Source: a bacterium
GTDB lineage: Bacteria; Bdellovibrionota_C; UBA2361; CALJRW01
DNA: 64,000 nt
Direction: 5' to 3'
Assembly: GCA_031385045.1 (NCBI GenBank)
Contig: JANNBC010000052.1
Location: 1-64,000, forward strand
Under the pieces are notes generated by a model. It saw only the letters and a list, made by a program, of their open reading frames with translations, was not told the origin of the DNA and ran no database searches. Made by a program: the position numbers and the translations under genes. Shown here piece after piece: positions 28,252 to 37,805 of the stretch. Every line of letters starts with the position of its first letter. The first letter of the stretch is position 1.

Positions 28252-29523
28252 ATGCTAATCAAAAATACCTGTCTATTAATTACCTTTTTATTTTTTCTTT
28301 CAACTAATTCGGCAATGGCTTTAGTGATTGATGATTTTAATGGTGATCAACAAGTTTCCTCACAGTTAGAATCAGTTCAAACAAATGGAACCATCCTACC
28401 AAAGACCACTAATCAAAGACTAAATTCGCTTGGTGGAACTAGAAAGCTGTTAGTCGAAGGACTCGCTGGATCTAAAAATATCAAGACAAGAGTTGTCGTT
28501 GAAGGTGGCAAGCTAAGCCACTCTCAAGACTCTGGTGCAATTGGAATTTCACATATTATCTGGGATGGTGACAGCAAAGAGAGCTCGGTCAGCGATAAGC
28601 TAGGAACTTACAACATAATTGCCGATGGCTCCACAAAGATCATTCTAGAAGTACTTAGTTTTGATGCTCCTGCTGATTCTGAAGTAAACTTAGAGTTTAA
28701 GATTTATAATGGATTAAAAACCTTCGTATCTCTACAAAAAAATCTAAGGAAAGCTATCATGCCTAGTCAATTAATTGAATTTGCGTTGAAAGATTTTGAA
28801 TCAAGAGAGGACTCCATTGGAAGTTTTAGCTTCACAAAAGTATCAGCAATCGAATTAAAAATTGATGGACTAGATCAAGATATTGACCTGCAATTTGCTT
28901 CAGTTAAAACGGATAGCTGTCCACTATTACCAAATATTAATAACCTAGTAGTTGATGCCTGCGGAGTCTGTGACGGGAACAATAACAGTTGTCGAGATTG
29001 CCGAGGAGTAATTAATGGCTCGGCTAAAAAAGATCGCTGTGGGGTCTGTAATGGCGATGGACAAAGTTGTTTAGGTTGTAACTTAAGCAATCAGTCGATC
29101 CTTCTAGGACAGCTTGATGCGGGCGTTAAAGAGCAAGAGAAACTAATTAAACTAATTGCTAATAGAATTATTAAACTAAAAAATACAGTTCAATTAGAAA
29201 AATATCTTTCAGCACAAAAGAAAATTGCCAGTGATTTGCAAATTCGTAGCTGGACGATCGTTTGGCAATTACCAATTAACTCTAGTACTTGTACTAATCA
29301 AATCTTCTGTAACTACCAGAGCGTTGAAAATCTAATTTTGGAATATCAAAATAATACTCGGCAATTAAAAACTATTACTGAAAACTTAATCCTAAGATTT
29401 AAAAAACTTAGTACGATTGAGTCCCCAGAAGCTAAAAGTTGGACAAGAAGAAACGAATTATTATTTCAACAAAATATTAGCCTACTAGCGAAAGTTCCTA
29501 ATAGACAAAGTGTTTGTTCCTAG
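28252..29523 (+). CDS. Secreted protein with Cys-rich DxCGVCxG repeats
   Basis: Signal peptide; GAGG RBS; VDACGVCDGNNNSC and KDRCGVCNGDGQSC repeats; helical Cys-containing C-terminal region. Confidence 0.75.
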   Translation: MLIKNTCLLITFLFFLSTNSAMALVIDDFNGDQQVSSQLESVQTNGTILPKTTNQRLNSLGGTRKLLVEGLAGSKNIKTRVVVEGGKLSHSQDSGAIGISHIIWDGDSKESSVSDKLGTYNIIADGSTKIILEVLSFDAPADSEVNLEFKIYNGLKTFVSLQKNLRKAIMPSQLIEFALKDFESREDSIGSFSFTKVSAIELKIDGLDQDIDLQFASVKTDSCPLLPNINNLVVDACGVCDGNNNSCRDCRGVINGSAKKDRCGVCNGDGQSCLGCNLSNQSILLGQLDAGVKEQEKLIKLIANRIIKLKNTVQLEKYLSAQKKIASDLQIRSWTIVWQLPINSSTCTNQIFCNYQSVENLILEYQNNTRQLKTITENLILRFKKLSTIESPEAKSWTRRNELLFQQNISLLAKVPNRQSVCS

Positions 29524-29532
29524 AAGGCAGTT

Positions 29533-29592
29533 AATTATGAGTCTAAAAATAATTTCTCTAAAAGTTTAGAGGCAATTTTTAGACTCATAATT
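29533..29592. terminator. Long hairpin between convergent genes
   Basis: Perfect 18-bp arms AATTATGAGTCTAAAAAT / ATTTTTAGACTCATAATT with inner CTCTAAA/TTTAGAG stem. Confidence 0.65.
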
Positions 29593-29670
29593 CCAGTAAT
29601 TAAAATAAGCAGATTATTGTAATTTTATAAAAAATTAAGCAGCTAAAAAAGTTGCTGCTGGGAAGAAGAG

Positions 29671-29964
29671 TTAAAAGTTACGATTTAATCTAATAGTTGG
29701 TGCACGAACGGCTCTCTCTGGATTCTCATTATCATTGTAAGTAGGTGAAGAGGTAAAGCGGTTAGTCACTCGAGCAATTTCTTGTTCTTGATGTAACATC
29801 TCCATTCTCTTGGTAACACTATCTAATTTTTTAATATCAATTTGATATTCACGATCATTAAATTTACGAGAATTACCATTCTTCTTATTCTTAGATTTAT
29901 TAGCATCAATCACCATGATAAAGAATCCACCTGCTAAAATACTAATTAGAATGAACGTATTCAT
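29671..29964 (-). CDS. Hypothetical single-pass membrane protein
   Basis: 97-aa ATG ORF with hydrophobic N-terminus followed by a basic stretch; fills an otherwise empty gap. Confidence 0.6.
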   Translation of the reverse strand: MNTFILISILAGGFFIMVIDANKSKNKKNGNSRKFNDREYQIDIKKLDSVTKRMEMLHQEQEIARVTNRFTSSPTYNDNENPERAVRAPTIRLNRNF

Positions 29965-30172
29965 AAATCATCTCGTAAATACTGTGATATTTAAAGTAGG
30001 GTGTTAAAAAACTACCAAAATCACAAGCATATCTTCTGTCATCCACAAATTATAACTAGAAGACTAAATTCTATAATCCACTATCAAGCTAGAGCGATAC
30101 TTTGCTTCAGTACAACATTACTAGGAAAGTGCCGATTGAGTAGTTCAAAAAAACTAATCCATACTATAACTA

Positions 30173-31744
30173 ATGAAAAATACTAGCTTTTTTACTAGAG
30201 ACCTAACTTCAAACCGCGAAACCTCAGAGTTAATTTTACAAAAAGATTACAAAAAGATTCAGGATCTAGCCTTTTGTTCCTCACGTTCGGCTAGAAATCA
30301 CCTGAGCTTAGAACATGCTAAGCAATATCAAGTGTTGCCGATTAACGTAATGAAGGAATCTACTGGCACTTTACTAACCCTAATTTGTCGAAAAAATTTC
30401 AGCGATCACGAAAGACAAGACTTAGCATTTCTGACAGGCACAAAGATTCAGTTGATGGAAATTGATCTAAAAAATCTATTACCAGCAATTAATAAAGCAT
30501 ATCTGGGTGATCAGGATGATCTAACAGCAGCTAAAGTAGAACTACTCGGCAGCGTTAAAGCACCAAAAAAAATCTCCTTGGCCTATCAAGAAAAGCTTCA
30601 AAACCCAGAAAGTAAATTCTTAAAACGGCTGATTGATTATGCCTTAGCAAAGGAAGCAAGTGATATTCACATTATCCCAAAAGTTTCTGGTACCTTTTTA
30701 AAGATCCGAATTGATGGAGAACTTTTTGAACATCCAGAAAGGATTTGTACCTTGACCCAACATCAAATTATTATCAATCGTTTAAAAATTTTATCTAAAT
30801 TAAATATTAGCGAACAACGTTTACCACAAGATGGTGCAATCAGCTTAGAAAGCGAACAAGCTTATCAAAAGTTGCGCCTCAGCATCATGCCAACAGTATA
30901 CGGGGAAAAAGCTGTAATTCGTCTTCCTAAAAACGATCAAGTGCCTAGCCTCGCAGAGCTAGGCTTAGAGCAATTTACGGCTGAAAAATTAAGAGTCTGT
31001 TTAGAGCAACAAGTTGGATTAATCATTCTTTGTGGACCTACAGGTAGTGGGAAAACAACCACAATTTATTCCGCGCTAAAAGAGTTAAGTAATAAAAATT
31101 TATGTCTTGCCTCGATCGAAGATCCAGTAGAGATCTTCCTACCGGACGTAGATCAAACTAGCCTTAAACCAGAGATTCACTTTAATTATCAACATGCTCT
31201 AAAAAATATCCTGAGGCAGGATCCCGATGTTTTATTGATTGGTGAAATTAGAGATCGAGAAAGTGCTGATATTGCCCTACAAGCAGCCTTAAGTGGTCAT
31301 CTTATTTTTACATCTGTGCATGCTGGATCTGTCCAGCAAGCAATTAATCGCTTAGTCCATTTAAATTTAGATGCTTCCTTTCTGGCCGAAGCTTTAAAAT
31401 TAGTAATTAACCAACGTCTCATTCCTTGTCTATGTCCAAATTGCAAGCAAGAAAATACCACCAATGATTGCTTTAAATTTACTATTTTTGAAGCTCGAGG
31501 TTGCGCGGAATGTAATTATATTGGCTATAAAGAGAGGCAGCTAATTACCGAAACATTAATGGTTAATGATAAAATTAGACAAAAAATTGCTGAAAATAAA
31601 TTTTCTGTTAATAATGTCTCTGCTAGATCAAAATTTTATCGCTCTTACCAAAACCAACTAAAGAATCTATTCTCCAAAGGCCAGATCGATTTATTAACAT
31701 ATCGAAAATACAGTAACGATGAACAACTTACCCTATCGACCTAA
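30173..31744 (+). CDS. PilB/GspE-family secretion/pilus assembly ATPase
   Basis: ASDIH, RLPQDG, GPTGSGKTT, IEDPVE, LRQDPDV, GEIRD, CPNC...CAEC zinc motif. Confidence 0.92.
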   Translation: MKNTSFFTRDLTSNRETSELILQKDYKKIQDLAFCSSRSARNHLSLEHAKQYQVLPINVMKESTGTLLTLICRKNFSDHERQDLAFLTGTKIQLMEIDLKNLLPAINKAYLGDQDDLTAAKVELLGSVKAPKKISLAYQEKLQNPESKFLKRLIDYALAKEASDIHIIPKVSGTFLKIRIDGELFEHPERICTLTQHQIIINRLKILSKLNISEQRLPQDGAISLESEQAYQKLRLSIMPTVYGEKAVIRLPKNDQVPSLAELGLEQFTAEKLRVCLEQQVGLIILCGPTGSGKTTTIYSALKELSNKNLCLASIEDPVEIFLPDVDQTSLKPEIHFNYQHALKNILRQDPDVLLIGEIRDRESADIALQAALSGHLIFTSVHAGSVQQAINRLVHLNLDASFLAEALKLVINQRLIPCLCPNCKQENTTNDCFKFTIFEARGCAECNYIGYKERQLITETLMVNDKIRQKIAENKFSVNNVSARSKFYRSYQNQLKNLFSKGQIDLLTYRKYSNDEQLTLST

Positions 31745-32183
31745 TGTCTGTTTAATTATTTTAAATAAGGACAATCAAATTTTCATGGGAGAAAGGCATA
31801 AGGCACCTAACTGTTGGCAACTACCCCAAGGAGGAGCAGAGCCAGAGTTTACTTTATCAGAAAATGCACTCCGCGAAGCTTCCGAAGAATTAGGTGCCGA
31901 TCAAGACTGCTTTTCTATCATCAAACAATTAACCGCAACTCATGTCTACGACTTTAGAGTCATTCCACCTTTTGCACGTGATCTCTGGAAAGGACAAAGC
32001 CAAACATTTTGGTTGTTACGCTATACTGGAGAAGATACTCAAATTGATCTAAACCGCTATCACCCTGAGTTTCAGAACTGGAGATGGTGTGCTGTATCGG
32101 AATTATTAGAGATTGCTGAAAATATCCGCGTTGAAGGATACAGCAAAGCTTTACCTGAAATAATTAACTATCTCAATGAATAA
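31719..32183 (+). CDS. rppH: RNA pyrophosphohydrolase (Nudix)
   Basis: YRPNV, WQLPQGG, REASEELG, GQSQTFWL, PEF..WRW. Confidence 0.88.
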   Translation: MNNLPYRPNVCLIILNKDNQIFMGERHKAPNCWQLPQGGAEPEFTLSENALREASEELGADQDCFSIIKQLTATHVYDFRVIPPFARDLWKGQSQTFWLLRYTGEDTQIDLNRYHPEFQNWRWCAVSELLEIAENIRVEGYSKALPEIINYLNE

Positions 32184-33909
32184 AGGGGCTGATCTAATTT
32201 TTCATAAGAGAATCAAGCTCCTTCCACAAAACTTAGAAGTAGCGGAAGAAATTCAAAAGCTTTATGGCGTCTCTCCTGTAATTGCTAAAATTCTAGCAGC
32301 TCGTGGCTATCGCTGTGATCAGGTATTAACAGATTATTTAAATCCAACACTCCAAAACAGCCTACCTAATCCAGAATTAATTAAGAATATTAATCAAGCA
32401 GGAGAACTAATCTGTGAGGTAATTAAACAAAATCAAAGCATTGCGATCTGCTGTGATTTTGATGTAGACGGCCTAACTGGTGCGTCACAAGTCAAGTCTT
32501 TTCTGGATCAACTAAATGTCACCTCGGAAGTCTATGTTCCCGATCGCTTTAAGGAAGGCTATGGATTAAATCAAAAGATGATTCAAGATGCCAAGGCTAG
32601 TGGACACTCATTAATTATTTGTATTGATTACGGTACAAGCAATATCCAAGAACTAGAGCTTGCTAGATCTCTTGGTTTAAAAACAATTGTTGTTGATCAC
32701 CACCATGCCAGTCAGAATCCCCCGGCTGATGTCTTTGTAAATCCAGAACAAGTAGGCTGTGGTTTTGCAGGGAAAATATTATGCTCCGCCGGACTCTGTT
32801 GGTATCTACTAATTATTCTTAAAAAACTACTATTACCTATTATTAGGCCTAATGTACAAGAAATCGATCTCCGAGAATATTTAGATTTAGCCAGCCTAGG
32901 TACAATTTGTGACATGGTTCCCTTAACTGGTGTTAATCGTTTAATTGCTCAAAAAGGCCTAGAGCAATTGAGCAATTCTAAGCGCGTTGGCATTCAAGCT
33001 TTAAAAAAAGTTATCGGCATTAAAGGACCAGTTCAAGGACATCATGTTGGCTTTGGTTTTGGTCCAAGAATTAATGCTGCGGGAAGAATGATGAGTGGAC
33101 AAATGATCATCAAACTTTTAACTACAACACAAGAAGCAGAAGCTCAAAAAATTGCCACAAGACTTGATAAATTAAACCAAGATCGACAAACAGTTGAAGC
33201 CAAGATCAAGGAACAAGCTAAGCAACTAATTAATCGAAACGAAGCTATTCCCTTTGGCCTAACTGTCTGGGGCGATAACTACCATACAGGAGTAATTGGA
33301 ATTGTTGCCCAAAGATTATCAGAATCATTCTACCGACCGGCAATTGTCATGGGTAAAGATCAAGGAATATTCAAAGGTTCAGTACGTGGGATTCCAGGCT
33401 TTAGCGTTATTGGAGCACTAACTGAACTTAGCTCTTTTTTTAATAAATTTGGTGGTCATACGGGTGCGGGCGGATTTGCATTAAAAGAAAACAATCCAGA
33501 AGAATTGTCTACTGCCTTTAATGAAATCTGTAAAAAATTATTAGAAAATGTGGAATTAATTCCCAGTGTCAAAGCAGATGCACTTGTGAAATTTGACGAA
33601 CTCGATTTAAAGCTTTGCGAAGAATTAAAATCTCTTGCTCCTTTTGGGATGGCTAATCCTGGAGCTCAGTTAATGCTTAAAAATATCCGTGTACGTGATG
33701 TCACGCTACTTAAGAATAATCATTTAAAAATAAGTTTTACCGATGGTAAAAAATATTTAACAGGATTTCTCTGGCAAACAGCTAGACATCCGGCCCTCTT
33801 TCCAGGAGCTGAGGTTGACCTAGTCTGCAAACCAGAAGTAAATGAATTTAATGGTAATTTGTCGGTACAACTAAACATTCAAGCCTGCCAGCCAAGCGTA
33901 AATAGTTAG
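32176..33909 (+). CDS. recJ: Single-stranded-DNA-specific exonuclease RecJ
   Basis: DFDVDG, PDRFKEGYGLN, DHH, GTICDMVPL, GPRINAAGR, GSVR, GGH, PFGMANP. Confidence 0.96.
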   Translation: MNKGADLIFHKRIKLLPQNLEVAEEIQKLYGVSPVIAKILAARGYRCDQVLTDYLNPTLQNSLPNPELIKNINQAGELICEVIKQNQSIAICCDFDVDGLTGASQVKSFLDQLNVTSEVYVPDRFKEGYGLNQKMIQDAKASGHSLIICIDYGTSNIQELELARSLGLKTIVVDHHHASQNPPADVFVNPEQVGCGFAGKILCSAGLCWYLLIILKKLLLPIIRPNVQEIDLREYLDLASLGTICDMVPLTGVNRLIAQKGLEQLSNSKRVGIQALKKVIGIKGPVQGHHVGFGFGPRINAAGRMMSGQMIIKLLTTTQEAEAQKIATRLDKLNQDRQTVEAKIKEQAKQLINRNEAIPFGLTVWGDNYHTGVIGIVAQRLSESFYRPAIVMGKDQGIFKGSVRGIPGFSVIGALTELSSFFNKFGGHTGAGGFALKENNPEELSTAFNEICKKLLENVELIPSVKADALVKFDELDLKLCEELKSLAPFGMANPGAQLMLKNIRVRDVTLLKNNHLKISFTDGKKYLTGFLWQTARHPALFPGAEVDLVCKPEVNEFNGNLSVQLNIQACQPSVNS

Positions 33910-33924
33910 CAAAGGCTGAAAAAA

Positions 33925-34031
33925 TATACTACGCCCCCAATCAACTAAAAATGCGATCCTTGTCCTCCATAGCTTTAGCGAAGGTGGACGCATTTTCCCT
34001 AGCAGTTCAGTAAAACCTACTGGGTTTTAGT
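33925..34031. mobile_element. MITE-like element copy 1 (left terminal repeat degenerate)
   Basis: 33943-34031 matches 34186-34274 at 87/89 nt (offset 243); TATACTA at the corresponding left end. Confidence 0.65.
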
Positions 34032-34081
34032 TATACTAGGCGACATTAGAAATTACTGTTCAAAATTAGTCGCCTAGTATA
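34032..34081. repeat. 50-bp palindromic element with 13-bp terminal inverted repeats
   Basis: TATACTAGGCGAC / GTCGCCTAGTATA. Confidence 0.65.
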
Positions 34082-34158
34082 TCAAGCGCTAAGCGCTTGA
34101 AGCGACCCAAGGGGGTCGCTCAGGCTAAAATGCTTATCTAATAAGCATTTTAGCTGAG
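34082..34158. repeat. Three abutting short hairpins
   Basis: TCAAGCGCT-a-AGCGCTTGA; AGCGACCC-aagg-GGGTCGCT; GCTAAAATGCTTAT-cta-ATAAGCATTTTAGC. Confidence 0.75.
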
Positions 34159-34167
34159 GAAAACAAA

Positions 34168-34277
34168 TATACTAAAACCCGAAGGAACTGAAAATGCGAT
34201 CCTTGTCCTCCATAGCTTTAGCGAAGGTGGACGCATTTTTCCTAGCAGTTCAGTAAAACCTACTGGGTTTTAGTATA
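34168..34277. mobile_element. 110-bp MITE-like element copy 2 with intact terminal inverted repeats
   Basis: TATACTAAAACCC / GGGTTTTAGTATA ends (15 bp with flanks); nested inner stems GAACTG/CAGTTC and AAAATGCG/CGCATTTT; no coding capacity. Confidence 0.7.
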
Positions 34278-34419
34278 TTACTGCTAGCCATCAATTTAAA
34301 TTTGCAAAATCAACAAAAAAATGAAAAAGCATCCTGATAAAGAATGATAGTTCTAATAATTTGATTTTATTAGTGTAAAATAATTCTTTACTTACGTTAT
34401 ATGCTATCTTCCTTAGTCG

Positions 34420-36018
34420 GTGTCTACAAGAGCACCTGAGTTAATTGCTATGCAAAATAAAAAACCGACATTAACCTTATCAACCTCACAGAACTCACCT
34501 GTTGACTATTTCCAAACCTTTGAGTTTTTAGAAAATGTTATTAACACCAGTCCTAACTTAGTTTTTGTAAAAGATATTAATGGTCGATTTACCTTAGCCA
34601 ATCAGGCGGTCGCTGAAATTTATGGTACCTCGATTGAAAATTTAGTTGGCAAGCGCGATGCGGACTTTAATACAGATCTAGAAGAAGTCGATTGGTATTG
34701 TCATGACGATCAAGAAGTCATCCTCGAAAAGAAAACTATTTTCATACCGGAAGAAAAAGTGACATCTCCTGACGGAACTGTACGTTGGTTTGAAACGACC
34801 AAGAAGCCAATCTTAACACGGAACGGAGAATACCAGGTCTTAGGAGTTGCCACGGACATTACAGAGCGAAAAAAACTTTTTGAACAATTACTGCAAGCAC
34901 AAAAAATGCAAAGCCTAGGACGCTTAGCCGGTGGCATTGCTCATGACTTTAATAACCTACTAACTGTAATCTTAGGTCATGTCTCACTTTTAGAAGAAAG
35001 TGAATATCAACCACTTTTAATACCAAAATCTGTCGAAGGAATTAAAAATACTACTCTGCGAGCCGCTGATTTAGTTAAAAAGATTTTAGGATTTGCTAGG
35101 GAGGGTAAGCACTTAAATATTGACATTGATTTACATGAAATTGCCATAGATACGATCTCAATGCTTTCCCGAACAATTGAGGAAAATATTAAAATATCTA
35201 ATGACCTAAAAGCAACCAATTCTTTTGTTAAAGGCGACCCCGTTCAAATGCAACAAGTTTTAATGAACTTAATTATTAATGCCCGGGATGCTATGACTAC
35301 CGAAAAGTCTGGAACGAATGGAGGATCTTTGGTTATTTCTTCAGAAGATGTTGTTTATAACTCGAAGCCAGGAATTAAAATATCTGTTAAAGATACTGGG
35401 TGCGGAATGGATGAAACAACTAAATCAAGAATTTTTGATCCCTTTTTTACTACTAAGGCTCCTGGACATGGACTAGGCTTAGGACTCTCAATGGTTTACG
35501 GAATTATTGATAACCATCAAGGAAGTCTTAACGTCGAAAGTCAAGTTGGAACAGGTACAAACTTTGAACTTTGCTTTCAAACCACTGATATTGATCAAAA
35601 ATATTGTATCCAAGAGCTAGAATCAGAATTAAAAGATCAAAAATCATTACAAGTATTACTAGTAGATGATAATATTTACGTACTTAAAACAATTGCTGAG
35701 AATCTAAAATCTTTAAATCACCAAGTTTCAACCACCAGTATTCCAGAAGAAGCACTCAACTATCTAGCAAATAAAGTATATGCTATTGATTTATTGATTC
35801 TTGATATTGTAATGCCCAATTTAAATACTGCAGAATTTATTAAATCAGCCAAGCAGCTTGATCCAAACTTACAAATAATCTTATCTACTGGCTACGATCT
35901 CAATAGCAAAGTTAAAGAATACCAAGACCTAGGAATCAAGCACTTTCTACAAAAACCTTATGACCGAAAATGTTTAAGTCAAACTGTTAGACAAGCGATG
36001 TCTTCAAATTTGAAATAA
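34420..36018 (+). CDS. PAS-domain hybrid histidine kinase/receiver
   Basis: PAS/PAC; LAGGIAHDFNNLL H-box; NARDAM; DTGCGM; PFFTTK..G.GLGL; receiver LLVDD..LDIVMP..KP. True start may be the ATG at 34450. Confidence 0.93.
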   Translation: MSTRAPELIAMQNKKPTLTLSTSQNSPVDYFQTFEFLENVINTSPNLVFVKDINGRFTLANQAVAEIYGTSIENLVGKRDADFNTDLEEVDWYCHDDQEVILEKKTIFIPEEKVTSPDGTVRWFETTKKPILTRNGEYQVLGVATDITERKKLFEQLLQAQKMQSLGRLAGGIAHDFNNLLTVILGHVSLLEESEYQPLLIPKSVEGIKNTTLRAADLVKKILGFAREGKHLNIDIDLHEIAIDTISMLSRTIEENIKISNDLKATNSFVKGDPVQMQQVLMNLIINARDAMTTEKSGTNGGSLVISSEDVVYNSKPGIKISVKDTGCGMDETTKSRIFDPFFTTKAPGHGLGLGLSMVYGIIDNHQGSLNVESQVGTGTNFELCFQTTDIDQKYCIQELESELKDQKSLQVLLVDDNIYVLKTIAENLKSLNHQVSTTSIPEEALNYLANKVYAIDLLILDIVMPNLNTAEFIKSAKQLDPNLQIILSTGYDLNSKVKEYQDLGIKHFLQKPYDRKCLSQTVRQAMSSNLK

Positions 36019-36214
36019 AGAAAAGTTTCTTAGTCAACTCTAAAAGTATTAAACCAAAATTAATTTTTTCACTTTAGAAATTAAATAATCTAACCAAGAC
36101 TTTCTTAGGATTTTAAATCTCGCTATACTTAAAATGAGATCTTTAAGCTCGCTAATCCTAAAAATAGGTATCCGTCTGATCTTTTTGGAAATTTTCTATA
36201 TAAAGTAAAATATC

Positions 36215-36781
36215 ATGTCCACAAAAAATAGTTCTAATGCCTTGCAAGTTACCCAGAAGTTGGAAATAGATCGAAACGAACATAAACTAGTAGCTCTAAA
36301 AGAATTAAACTTAGTCTTAAAAGCGAACCCAGAATCCTTCATTGCCTATAAACTAAGAGGAACTATCAACCTAGAATTAGGATTAAAAAAAGAAGCGCTG
36401 GCAGATCTAACCCTAGCAACACAATTAAATATGGAAGATGATTCCGCTTTTAATTTACTAGGAATCTCACTACTGGCTTTGGGACAAAAAATGGAAGCTT
36501 TAGAAAGTTTTTCACGCTCGATAGAATTAAACCCCAAGAACCAACAAGCTTTTTTTAATCGTGGTCGTGCTCGCTACTCTCTTGAGATGAAACAAGAAGC
36601 AATTGCTGATTTTAAACAAGCAATTATTTTAGATACTGCTGATAACAAAAATAAATCCAATAAAACTTCTCAAAACTCGGGTATCTTCTATCAAATGGGA
36701 TTAGTTAAAAAAGCTTTGGTTGATTTACAAGAGACTGATCGCAAGAACTTAGAACATAGGAAAATGGTTCTAACTAAGTAA
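36215..36781 (+). CDS. Tetratricopeptide-repeat protein
   Basis: Three TPR units (AYKLRG..EALADL; AFNLLG..EALESF..LNP; AFFNRG..EAIADF). Confidence 0.85.
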   Translation: MSTKNSSNALQVTQKLEIDRNEHKLVALKELNLVLKANPESFIAYKLRGTINLELGLKKEALADLTLATQLNMEDDSAFNLLGISLLALGQKMEALESFSRSIELNPKNQQAFFNRGRARYSLEMKQEAIADFKQAIILDTADNKNKSNKTSQNSGIFYQMGLVKKALVDLQETDRKNLEHRKMVLTK

Positions 36782-37805
36782 ACTCAGGCTTAATCGGCCT
36801 CATTAGTAAAGCCTCAATCACTCCTTGTCGGTCAAGCTCACCCGACAGGAGTCGATTAACAGTAGAAGTAATTGGTAGTTGTAGTCCATGTTGAATAGCA
36901 AGCTCTTCAATTAAACTACTAGCAAGAACACCCTCGGCGGTTGATCCAACAAGCACTAATGTCTCCTCAATGCTACGCCCTTGTCCAAGATGCAAACCAA
37001 CTTGACGATTGCGACTATTGTCAGAATTTGCAGTTAAGACTAAATCACCTAAACCAGAAAGACCCGCAAGGGTTTGCGGATGCGCCTTTAATGCCTTAGC
37101 AAGACGCATCATTTCAGCGAGGCCTCTTGTAATCAAGCCAGCCTTAGCTGAATCGCCTAATCCAAGACCATCAGAGATACCAGCAGCGATTGCAATAATA
37201 TTTTTAACAACTCCTCCAAGCTCAACACCAACAACATCAGAAGTTGTATAAATTCTTAAATTGGGACCAGAGAAAAGTTTTGCTAAATCTGTTGCCATTT
37301 CTTCTTGCTCGCAAGCAATCACCAGACTTGCTGGATTCTGAGCAGCAATATCCTTAGCAAAGCCAGGACCAGAAATCACCGCATAGCCTTTTAGGTTAGG
37401 CAATAACTTTTTAGCTAAATCAACAGGAAACTGTTTCGATGTAGGATCGATACCTTTAGTAGCGCTTACAAAAATAGCATCCGACTTAAGTTCTAACTTA
37501 ACAAAAACTTCACTAAGTGCCTTTGCAGGTAAAACGGACACCAAGATATCGGCATCCTTTAAATCTGCTAACTTTGAAGTTGCTATTAAATTTTCAGGTA
37601 AATGGATGTCTGATAAAAGATCCGGATGGTAATGGTGAAAGTTAATAAACTTAACAATCTCTTCATTTCTAGACCAAGCAGTAATAGCATACTTCTTAGA
37701 TGCTAAGTGATGAGCTAGGGCTGTACCCCAATGCCCTAAGCCCAAAACTGCTATTTTATAGTTAGAATTACTCAAGTTCAGGTTCGTTTGTTTCAACAGT
37801 CTCAA
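36774..37805 (-). CDS. gpsA: NAD(P)H-dependent glycerol-3-phosphate dehydrogenase
   Basis: GLGHWGTALA, TKG, SGP, GVELGG..KN, GLSGLGDL, SRNR. Start may be the TTG near the gyrA stop. Confidence 0.95.
   Translation of the reverse strand: MRLLKQTNLNLSNSNYKIAVLGLGHWGTALAHHLASKKYAITAWSRNEEIVKFINFHHYHPDLLSDIHLPENLIATSKLADLKDADILVSVLPAKALSEVFVKLELKSDAIFVSATKGIDPTSKQFPVDLAKKLLPNLKGYAVISGPGFAKDIAAQNPASLVIACEQEEMATDLAKLFSGPNLRIYTTSDVVGVELGGVVKNIIAIAAGISDGLGLGDSAKAGLITRGLAEMMRLAKALKAHPQTLAGLSGLGDLVLTANSDNSRNRQVGLHLGQGRSIEETLVLVGSTAEGVLASSLIEELAIQHGLQLPITSTVNRLLSGELDRQGVIEALLMRPIKPEFT

Noticed and set aside
30001..30186. 61-aa GTG ORF upstream of the PilB/GspE gene
   Set aside because: No motif or RBS; lies in the probable divergent promoter region.
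34032..34158. tRNA or other known structured RNA
   Set aside because: No cloverleaf, T-loop or CCA end; the stems are independent perfect palindromes.
33943..34274. CRISPR array
   Set aside because: Only two 89-bp repeats with a palindromic 154-bp spacer and no cas genes; sizes do not fit.
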